A DNA stretch of 64,000 nucleotides from contig DYFM01000004.1 in assembly GCA_020725175.1 (NCBI GenBank), positions 20,015 through 84,014 on the forward strand, in the 5' to 3' direction. Positions 46,402 to 58,400 of the stretch are shown one piece after another (positions within the stretch are counted from its first letter, which is position 1; each line of letters opens with the position of its first letter). The notes under the pieces are model-generated. The model was given only the letters and a program-made list of their open reading frames with translations, did not search any database and was not told the origin of the DNA. The position numbers were made by a program, and so were the translations under genes. This DNA comes from Candidatus Paceibacter sp. (GTDB lineage Bacteria > Patescibacteriota > Patescibacteriia > Magasanikbacterales > UBA922).

Positions 46402-49400
46402 TTGGTTATCATGGGAAAAATAATCAAAAGACATTGGCACAAAACACTCCTTCTCGTCCTGCTGGTTTCAGTAGCAGGATTTTTTGGGTTGTTTGGATCA
46501 CGTTATGGTTTTAAGACCGATGTGGTAAAAGCAGATTCACGGACGATTACTTGTAATGGAACCAGTAGAACACTTACGGTTGGTGCATATACCGATGCGG
46601 CAGGAACGACTTTTGAATCAGGATCGGATCTTATTTTGGATCAGGGGAGTGGGGCTTGTACGTTTACGTTGAATGGGACTGTTTCCCTTGCTTCTTTGAA
46701 TGTGGGGAGTGGGGTGACGTTGACGCATAGTGATAATACTACAGCGCAAACATATACATTGGTGTTGAATGTTACTGGGGACGTCACTGTGTCAGGCTCT
46801 ATCGACGTGTCGGGAAAAGGATTTAGCCCTGGCTATGGAAGTGGTGCAGGAATGAATTATAGTGCCGGAAACATGAGTGGTGCTGCATACGGTGGATATG
46901 GTGGAAGCGGTGGGTGGTCATCAAGTTATACAAAAGCCGTTTCATATGGCAGTGCTTTGGCTCCAGCAGAAATCGGTTCTGGAGGTGGAAATGGATATGC
47001 AGCTACCACAGGTGGAGATGGAGGAGGGCATGTGAAGATTACTGCAACCAACCTGACTGTTTCTGGATCAATTTTAGCAAACGGAAATTCGGGTACTATT
47101 TCAGGAGGATATGGAGGCTCTGGTGGATCTGGCGGGAGTGTTTATTTGCTTGTAAGTAGTACAGTGAATTTAACTGGTGCTACCCTGACAGCAAACGGTG
47201 GGAATGGAGCAAATGGAACAGTCAATAATACGTCTGCGGATGGAGGTGCAGGTGGTGGAGGTCGTATTGCTATTGTGAACTACGCGTCATATTCTGCCCC
47301 CACTACGCTCAGTGTTTATGGTGGAACAGCTTATCTCAATGCTCAGGATGGTGGAGCCGGTTCAATATATATCAAAGAAAATGGGACAAATGGGACATTG
47401 ACATATGATAATAATAGTTCTGCCGATAGTATTGGTAGTCGAATTACCGATTCAGCAAACTATACGATCGATGAGTTGGTGTTAAAAAATGGTACTTCAC
47501 TTACTATTCCGTCCGGAGTTACCATCAACTCAAGCCAATCCACTTTTAATAATACTGGGACAAACACTTTAACTCTCGTAGGGATATTCAATCTTACAAA
47601 TACAGAATTTACTTTTCCATCCAACTTAACTTTTTCAGCAAGTGGTAATGCTTCAATCGGAACATCAATTACTTCTTCCACTATTGCAGGCACTGTTACA
47701 TTTACTTATGGGATGACACAGAATCTAAGTAGCCTATCTACTGTAAGGGTGGCATCTGGCGGCACACTTTTTCTTTCTTCATATACTACGTCAAATGCAT
47801 TGACAATAGATACGTTGACTGTAGAAGGTACTTTAACCCACACTGATAATACGACCGCACAAACTCATATAATAAATGTCGTGGCTTCGGACGTCACTGT
47901 CTCCGGTTCAATCAACGTCAACGCCAGAGGATTTGCCGGTGGTGCCACTGGTTCCCATGGGAGTGGAAACGTAAATGGCTATGGTATTGGATATTCAAAC
48001 GGAAATAGTGGTGGGGCTGCATACGGAGGTTATGGCGGAGCCGGCGGATATAACGGAGGGGCAAATGGTAAAGCGACTGCCTATGGGGATGCCCTTGCTC
48101 CGACAGATCTTGGTTCAGGTGGTGGGGGTGGATACAATTCAGCTGGTGGAGATGGTGGAGGAACTATTAAAATTACCGCAACAAACTTGACGGTTACCGG
48201 TTCAATTGTAGCCAATGGCGAAACAGGAAAAACAACAGGTACATACGGTGGAGGTGGGGGATCTGGTGGGAGTATATATTTGGTAGTTAGTAGCACGGTA
48301 GATTTCACTGGGGCAACAATTACTGCTAATGGTGGTAATGGAGGGGATGGAAGTGGTAATGATACATCTGCTAACGCAGGCGCCGGAGGGGGTGGTCGTA
48401 TCGCGATCGTCAACTATAGCTCGTATACGGCACCAACTACCCTGACAGCCTATGGTGGTATTGGACCGACCAATGCCTCTGATGGTGGGGCTGGTTCAAT
48501 TTATATTAAACAAACAGGTACCAACGGCATATTGACATACGATAATGCTGTTTCTGTTGATGGTACCGGGTCAATTATCACCGCTTCTGCCAACTATACC
48601 ATCGATGAACTGGTCTTAAAAAATGGTGCTGCATTGACTCTGCCTTCAGGCGCAACAATCACCTCAAATCAAACAACGTTCAATAATATTGGGACGCCAA
48701 ATCCTACTTTTGTCATTAGTGGAACCTTTAACCCGGGCAACACAAGTTTTATTTTTCCCTCCTCATTTACTACTACTTTTGGCAGCACAGGGGTTTTGAG
48801 TACTGTAACGTCTTCTACACTGCAGGGAACAGCAGGTTGGACATACGGGTTTACGCATAGTTTGTCAAATCTTACTATAGACAGTGGATCGACAGTGACA
48901 CTTTCTTCTTTTACGACATCAAATGCACTCTCCATAGCTACAATTATAATTAATGGGACCCTTACTCATACCGATAATACGACCGCACAAACGCATGTTA
49001 TCAATTTATCGGCAACAGATCTAACTATTGGTGCTTCGGGGTCTATTAGTGGTAATGCTAAAGGATATACCGGCTCATCTGCTGGTACTGTCGGAAACGG
49101 AACCGGTGGAGGTACCTATGCCGGTGGAGCTGGGGGAGCTTCTCATGGGGGTGTTGGTGGGGCAGGAACAAATAGCTCGCAAAAAGCAGCATATGGCAGT
49201 GCATCATTGCCTGTTACCATAGGTTCTGGAGGAGGAGGGGGTTCGGGATGGGGTGGTGGTGATGGTGGGGGGTATGTAAAGGTCCTTGTCTCTAATCTTA
49301 CATTGGCGGGGTCAATTAGTGTCAATGGCGCGGGTGGGACATCCAATGGGTCTTATTCTGGTGGTGGAGGATCTGGAGGCGGAGTTTATTTGAATATTTC

Positions 49401-52400
49401 CGGATCATTTAGTGGTGCAGGTTCTATCTCGGCGGATGGTGGTGATGGTGGGGGTGGTAGTGCTTCCTATGATGGTGGAGGAGGCGGTGGGGGCCGTATT
49501 GCCATTGTTCCTCTTGAAGGATCTCTATCATACACAGGTACAATTACCGTAGATGCAGGTGTTGGTCCGGACGCAGCACAAGATGGTGGTACAGGTACAA
49601 TTTATATTTTACCGAACTCTTCTTTTACTCTTGATGCTTCATATACATCGGCTGCTTGGCCAGGTACAATTTCAGGTACTTCAACCGACCATGATGTGAG
49701 TGTTGCGCAAGTCGATCTCAAGATTCAACGTTTTTCTGATAGTTATTACTGGAACGGTTCAGACTGGACAGCGAGTGAAACCTGGGTGACCTCAACCGGT
49801 ACGAGTACCTGGAGTTATAGTTTTTCGGGTGGTAATATGACTGATGGTACCTATACCGTCACTTCAAGAGCAACGGATAGTGATGGTGAGGTGGAAGCAG
49901 TATTGACTAGTGATAGCTTTACATTTTCTTCCATAGCCAGTGCTCCTCCTGTTGCCGGCGTTCCTGCTTACGCTTCTCAAGCGAGTGATGGTTCCGGTTA
50001 TGTCACAATTACAGCCGAAGTCTCAGACCCAAATTTTGATTCTCTTAAACTTCGAGTTGATTATTCCGATAATGGAGGTATCAATTGGTATGATCCGGAT
50101 TTGGTGAGTGTTAGCGCGTCGGTAGGTACGAATCCGGATCTAGATGATGCTAATGTGTATCAAATTGGAACAGTTAGTAATATCTCTACGGCCTCGAGTA
50201 ATACACTGTCAATTGTGTGGAATACCAAGTCAGCGTCAAATGGGAATGGGGCAATTGCCGGTCGCCAGACTGATATAATGGTTCGTGTTCTTCCAAATGA
50301 TATTATCGGTGAAGGAGATGGAACCTATGCGACTTCTACAGCATTTACGGTAGACAATTCGGCCCCGAGTGGTCCGGGAACTGCCTCTGCCTCATTTTCC
50401 GGCTTAAATGCTTCTATTTTTTGGACTGCAGTGACTGAAGATGAGTTTAGTCGATATGAAATATGGTATGGAACAAGCCAGAGTGATGTAGAAGGGAGGA
50501 CCGGCGCGGCACAACCATACACGACAAGTTCTGATCCTAATCTTTCGAGTACTTCAACCATAAACGTGACTATTTCAAGCTTGTCTCTTGGGCAAATTTA
50601 CTATTTTCAAGTTTTTGCTTTTGATGCTTATGGAAATTATAGTACGTCTACTGTAGTTTCAGGGACGGTGCCTGGCACCCCGCCTACGGTTTCCACACCA
50701 ACCCTTACACAACAATTGTCTGATGGGACGGGTTATATAACATTTACTACTCAAGTTCATGATACTGATACCGAAGATCTTTCGCTTCGAGTTGAATTTT
50801 CCGAAGATGGGAGCGCCTGGCGGAAGGCATATATTGTTACTTCATCGGTCAATTACGGTACCTCTACTATTTTTAATGTAAATACAAATCAAATCAGTGT
50901 TGATCGTTTGAGGGCCAATAATGGCTCTTTGTATTCCGATCTGGTCGCGCATTATGATTTTGATACAGATACCTCGACACTTGCTGATATTACTGGAAAT
51001 GGGTATAACGGTTTTTGGAGTACCGGTGCTGCTTCGCTTACCATCGGTAGATATGACAGTGCCGGGGATTTTGGTGCTCAATATGTACAAGTTAATACTC
51101 CAATATTAAATGACCCGCCTTTTTCTGTTTGTTTGTGGGCCAAACCAGACTCTCTTTCGCCAAGTTCTAATGATTATATTATTGCAAATGGCGCCCATAC
51201 TTCAGCAAAGGGTTTTAGTTTGTATTACAATACAAGTGGATGGAATTGGGTAGTCAAAAATATTTCATACAGCAAAACTCAGGTATTGAGCGCTTCTTCA
51301 GGGTGGAGTTTTTTATGTGGAACTTGGGATGGCACAGATACTGCTGGTGCAGTAAAATTTTATATAAATGGATCAGAAAATTCTACTACTGCAGTTGGTG
51401 GAGGAAGTAGTGTGAGTCAAGATTTAAGAATTGGAGAAGCAAGTGATGCTACAGGATATAGATTTGAAGGCTTAATTGATGAAATTTCAATATTTAATCG
51501 TATCCTTTCGTCTGACGATGTGCTCGAGTTAATGAATGCTCCGTATCCTTCAGGTTCAACCACTACACTCACCATTGTTTGGGATCCCACCTCTGCCTCC
51601 AATGAAGGTGGTGCTCTCACCGGTGAACAAAGTGACATTCAAGTTCGAGTGCGAGCGAACGACAGCTTGCAAAATGGGGAGTACGTAACTTCATCGGAAT
51701 TTAGCGTGGATGTGCAGGCGCCGACCGGCTTAGCAAATCTTGCCGTTACCGCTACTAGTACCAATGGCACGGTGGATCTCTCTTGGAGTGTAACAAGTGA
51801 TACCAATTTCAACCGTTATGAAATTTGGTACGGCTCAAGCAGTTCTGATGTGTCTTCTCGCTCCGGATCAGCCACTCGTTGGACGACCAGTTCTGATAGC
51901 AATCTCTCTAGCGGGGCTACTACCAGTTCTACTCTTACCGGTCTCCCTGGCGGTACCTTGTACTATAGTGTGTTTGCTATTGATGATTATGGAAATACGG
52001 CCACCACGACACAAGTGTCAGCGACTATTGTGCGAGATTTTGTGTCTACTCAAACTGGCAACTGGAATGTAGGTACCACTTGGGGCGGAGCATGTTCTTC
52101 TTCGTGTACTGCCGGAACCGATTTCCCAACCTCTACTGACACCGTGGTAGTTACCAGTACTCATGTGGTTACTATTCCGGCCTCAACCAGTGCCAGCTTC
52201 AATAGTCTTAATATCCGTGGTACTGCCACGGTAAAAATGGTGGGAAACATTGGTACCGGTACGGATATTACCATCGAAAACGGGGCGACATTACAACAAG
52301 AAAATACCTCTCTGCAAACAATTTCCGGAACACTTACCGTGGAGAATGGGGGAACCTTTACACATACTGCCCAAACCGATACATCTTCAAGTGGTGGCTG

Positions 52401-55400
52401 GACTACTCTTTCAAACATTCATTTTTCTGCGGATACAATTCTCATTAATTCTGGAGGGGCGATTACCGCCTCGCAAAAAGGATTTGCCGGAAGTCCTGCG
52501 GCTACAAACGCTTCCGATCTTGCAGCGCAAGGGTATGGTCCGGCCGGAGGATATAAAGCATCCGGGGGAGCGTCTCATGCTGGAACAGGAGGAGCTTCTT
52601 CTTGGAGCGGGGGCGCACAAAATACTACTTATTGTACAAAAACCCTTCCTGCTACGATGGGTTCCGGAGGGTCAGCAGCCCAAGGCACCAGCCCAAATGG
52701 TGATGGTGGAGATGGAGGTGGCTTGATTCAATTATATGCAAATCAAATAACAGTAACTGGTTCAATTTTATCTTTGGGAGGTGATGGAACCGCGGGGTCA
52801 GCTTCCGGTTCAGGGGGTGGTTCTGGTGGAGGAGTATTTGTTTCTACAACAGTCATCAGTGGTTCAGGTACTATTTCTGTCAATGGAGGAAATGGCTACA
52901 GTTATGGAAACTTTAATGGTGGTGGTGGAGGGGCTGGGTGTGTATCCATTATCGGTACAGAAGGGTCACTCTCCGGTTTTAGTGGATCAATCAATAAAAC
53001 CGGGGGTGTGGGGCCTGGTGCCGCTGGTGATGGTGGGGCAGGTACCCTCTACATCCGTCCCGACTCATCAATCACCAGTCTCACCACGAGTTCATACACA
53101 AACTTTTCTTGGTCGGGCACTATCTCCGGTACGTCAACTGATCATGATGATTCTGTTTCAAATGTTCACCTGAGAATTCAGCGAGGCAGTGACTCTCAAT
53201 ACTGGGACGGCAGTACCTGGACGGCGAGTGAAACTTGGGTTACCAGTACCGGAAACACATCGTGGAGTTATGATATCGCGGCCGGAAATTTTACTGATGG
53301 AGTGTCCTACACCATATCATCACGCGCGACCGATTCTGAGTCGGAAGTGGAAAGTGTATATGATACCGCCACTTTTAGTTTCTCAACCGAAGCCAACACA
53401 GCTCCGACCGCTACGGCTCTGAGTGTTTCACAAATTGCTTCTTCCACTGCCAGAGGAATAGTGTATGCCACTACCACGGTTTCGGATTCAAACTTGCAAG
53501 ACACCAGTCTTTACATTGATTACTCGCTTGACAATGGAGTGAATTGGACTTCTTCTACCATTGATGTCTTCAGTATTTCCGGACAAACAAATGGTTACAG
53601 TACCTCGACCGGTCAAATAAGTGGGATCGATTCTTCGGCTGGAGAAAAAACCGTTACCTTTATCTGGTATGCTTACACTGATGCCGGAGCGATTGACATC
53701 TCTTCCGCTCAGCTCAGAGTTACCCCAAACGATGGTACCGTAAACGGCAGTATCCAAACCTCGGCTTCCTTCAATCTCGACACCAATCCACCATCCGGTC
53801 TCGGCTCTTTCACTGTTTCAAGTTACACCTCTGAGCAAGTTCACCTCACTTGGGCGTCTACCACTGATACCAACTTTGATCATTACGAAATCTGGTATGG
53901 TACCAACCAAAATGATGTTCAAAATAGACAAAATACCGCCATCGAATGGGATACGACTGATGATGCTGATCTTGCTATCGCCGGTACCGCCTCGACTACC
54001 ATCACCGGGCTTACTCCTGACACGTACTATTTCAAAATCTTTGCAATTGATAGCTACTACAACGAATCTACTGTCGCCGACATCAATACCACCAACTCAA
54101 ACACGGCACCGACTTCAACCATTTCTGTCCAACCATCCCAAACCACCAACGGCACACAAACAATTTCGTTCACGGCCACCATTCAAGATACCGACGCCAC
54201 GCAAACGAGCATGATCGTGGAACATTCCACTGACGGATCTAGTTGGACTTCTTCTACTATTCTTTCTGTTACCCCGGACTTTGGTTCTGTCACCACATCC
54301 ATCGGACAGATCACCTTAATTGATACCGATCTAGCAGACAACAACACCGTCTCGCTTGCCGTGACTCTGTCTGCTAGTGTCAATTTTCCTAATACCAGCG
54401 ATGATACTGTCTACATCCGCCTTACTCCTCAAGATTCATACGCCAACGGATCAAGTCTCACTAGTTCCGCATTCATTGTCGACACTATCAACCCTACGAC
54501 ACCGGGTTCATTTACGGTTTCAACTTCAACGACATCAACAATTACATTTACATACGGCAGTGCTTCAACTGAGGATCATTTTAGCCAATACAAAGTATAT
54601 TACACCCAAGCAAGTAGTGGGGTTACCATCAACGATACCGAGATAAGCAGTTCTACGGTATCGGCGCTTGGCTCGCGAACTTTCAACGGCGAAACTACCT
54701 TTACTCTTGCGAGTCTTTCTCCAAACCTTCCTTATACCATTACCATCAAGGCTTTTGATAGCTACGGAAATGTTTCCAGTCTAGCAACCGAAACAACCGC
54801 CTATACCAACCCAACCATTCCAATCAGTCTGGCGGTATCTTCTCTCAACGAAACCACGCTGCAGCTTTCTTGGAATGCAAATTCCAATCCATCCGGATCA
54901 ATCTATTACCTTGCCTACAGTGACAATACCTTTATTGCCACCACTACCGCGACCAGTACCAATGTCACCATTGAAACTCCGGGACAAGAATATACCTTTA
55001 AAGTACGAACACAATACGCCAATTCCACAACGACGTATTCTGATTATTCTGCTACTGCAAGCGGGTCGACTACTATCAATCCTCCAAACGCTCCAACCGG
55101 AGTAACACCAGCAAGTGTATCAACATCCACCCTTACGCTTTCATGGACAGATACCAATTCCTACGAAGATAATTATTTTGTATACCTTGATACGACGGAA
55201 GGGGAGAGTGATACGCTGGTTACCACTACAGCATCAAACGTTACTTCAACTGCTATCTCGGGACTAACTCCAAATACCACTTACTACTTCACTGTTGTCG
55301 CTTCCAACACGGCCGGTACTGCAACATCTACTCAATCTAGCACAACAACAATTTCACTGTCACCTGATGCTCCGACAGATCTTACGGTAACAAACATTCA

Positions 55401-58400
55401 ATCAACCTCACTTACATTGAGTTGGACGGATAACACCAGTGGTACCAACGCGGAAGATAATTTTATTGTGAAGTATGGGACCAGTACCGGATCATATTCC
55501 ACCACTGCCACGACGACTCAAGCCAATACCACCTCAAGCACAGTTACCGGTCTTACTCCCAACACCGAGTATTTCTTTGTTGTCCTGGCAACGAACGAAG
55601 CTGGTACCGCTACCTCAACCGAATTTTCAACCACCACACTTGATTCCGCTCCTACCGCTCCAACCAATCTTACTGTTTCAAATAAATCAACTTCAACACT
55701 TACCCTCTCATGGGATGACAATGCCAACAATGAAACATCGCAGACCGTTCTTTACGATACGGACAACAATTCATTCAACAATAGTTCATCTCAATCTGCC
55801 AACACTACTTCAACATCAATTACCGGTCTTACTCCTAATACTCAATACTATTTCAAAGTGAGAAGTACCAACGCCGGTGGTTCAAACGATTCAACAGTCA
55901 CTACTACCTACACCACTGCCAACGCACCGACTATTTTGTCTATTACTGCTGTTTCCTACGATCGTATTTCTCTGAGCTGGAACGCAAACACGAACCCAAG
56001 TGGTACGGTATATGAAGTGACTCGAGTTAATGGTGAAGATATACTACTCGCCACTACAACCGAAACCAGCTACACGGTTACCGGCCTTGACGTCGAAACC
56101 ACCTACACCTTCAAAGTTCGGGCGATCAATGCGGATGGCTCTGGGTACTCCAATTATTCTGACCCCGAGGCAGAGGCAACAACGAGTATCGATCCTCCTA
56201 CCGCCGCCTCAGGACTTAGCTTTAGTTCTGTTGCGAGTAGTTCCCTGGTTATTTCCTGGACAGACAATTCCACTGGTTCAGCCGAAGAAACCTCTTTTAG
56301 TGTCAAGTATGGTACTGCTTCTGGAACCTATTCAAACACTGCTACCACCACGGCTGCCAATGTTACCTCAAGTACTGTCACCGGTCTATCTCCAAGTACG
56401 ACGTACTACTTCGTGGTCATCGCAAGCAACAGTTCCGGTTCAACCACTTCTACCCAGGCAAGTACTTCAACCGTTATTTACGCGCCAGCCGCACCAAGTG
56501 GGGTAACGATTCTTTCTACCACGGCGGACACCCTCAGTCTTTCGTGGACAGACAATAGTAGTGGTGATACCCAAGAAGCGGACTTTTTGATTGAATATGG
56601 TACTGATGGTGTGAGTTTCCCAAGTAGTACAACCGTCGCCGCCAACGAAACAACGGCGCTCCTGACGAGTCTTACTCCAAACTCGACCTATTATGTTCGA
56701 GTAACTGCGAGAAACAGTGCCGGATCGGCAACCAGTGATAGTGTTTCATCAGCCACCAGTATTGGACTTCCGCCAAAACCAAGTAGTCTCACCTTTAGCG
56801 CTGTCTCTACCTCTTCTCTGACGATCACATGGACCGACAATTCTTCCGGAGATTATCAAGAAGCATCTTTCACGGTTGCCTACACTACCGACGGCTCTAC
56901 CTATACCACCGCCACTACCACTGCTCCAGACACCACGAGCGCGAGTGTGGATAGTCTCACTCCAAACACCACCTATGTTTTCAAAGTTACCGCGACCAAT
57001 GCCAGTGGTTCGGGTATTTCTGATACCGAAACAACTACCACACTTCCTTTGGCTCCGGCAGCAGCGAGTGGGCTGAGTGTGGCCAGTACCACTCCAAGTT
57101 CAGTTACACTCACCTGGACTGACAATACGGGAAGCACTGATAATGAAGAATACTTTACTATTGAATATGGAACTGACGGAGTCTCCTTCAACAATTCTCT
57201 CATTGCTATTAAAGACACCACTTCGCGAACGGTGAGTGGGCTTTCTCCAAGTACTACCTACTACTTTAGAATTGCCGCTAATAACAGTGCCGGTTCAAGC
57301 ACCTCAGACGTGGTATCAGCTACTACCAATGTGGGGGCTCCAATGGTACCGGGAAGTTTGACAGCGGTTTCAGTCACTACCTCAACCGTTTCACTGACTT
57401 GGGTAGACAACAGTAGTGGAGAAAATGAAGAAGATAATTTTATTGTGAAGTACGGAACAGACGGTGTAAACTATGGCACTACTGCCACCACCACCGGTCA
57501 ACACGTGCAGGCCGCGACCGTTACAGGTTTAACACCAGGTCTCCGCTATTACTTCATCGTCGAAGCACGTAATACCACTGATGCGGCGGTGTCCCAAGAT
57601 GTTATCGTTACCATGTTGCCAAATGCTCCTGGTGCGCCAACTCTCGAAAGCGCGAGTGCTACGTCGATTCAATTGAGTTTTGCTGCCAATGGGAACAATG
57701 CTGAGGTGGATTATGCTATTTATAATGAAACAACTGGTAAGTACATCAATACAGTTAGCAATGAACCAAGTCTCTCGGCTGGATGGCAAACAGCCGCACA
57801 GTGGGGAAGTCCGATCACTGTTTCCGGTCTAGCGCCAAACACGAGTCATGTGTTCAAAGTTCGCGCACGGAATGCCAACGGAGACTTTTCGGAATATTCA
57901 GCAACGTCTAGTCTCTATACGCTTGCGGCGACCCCTACCCGCCTGAGTGCCAGTGTGGCGTCTGCTACGAGCATTACGGTTTCTTGGAATGCCAATAGTA
58001 ATCCTAGTGGCACGGTGTATGAAATCTATGACTACACCAATACTACCGTTCTCACAACCACCACGGAAACCAGTTATTCTCTTACCGGACTCGGGATCAA
58101 TACCGGGTATCGGTTTCAAGTCCGGGCCGAACATGCCGGAAGCCCGGGGACTTATTCCGATTATACTTCTCCACCAAGCACTCTGCTATACACCCTTGCC
58201 ACCGCGCCAAACCCGGCTGTCGTGAGTAGTGTCTCCACTTCATCGTTTACTATCCTCTTTAGTGATAGTGATACCAATCCAAGTCACACCAAGTACGCGA
58301 TTCGAATTGGTGATAGTCAATATCTTCAAGCTGATGGATCATTGAGTGCTAGCACGCTTTACCAAACCGAGACGGTGTGGAATTCTCCAAGTTACGTGGG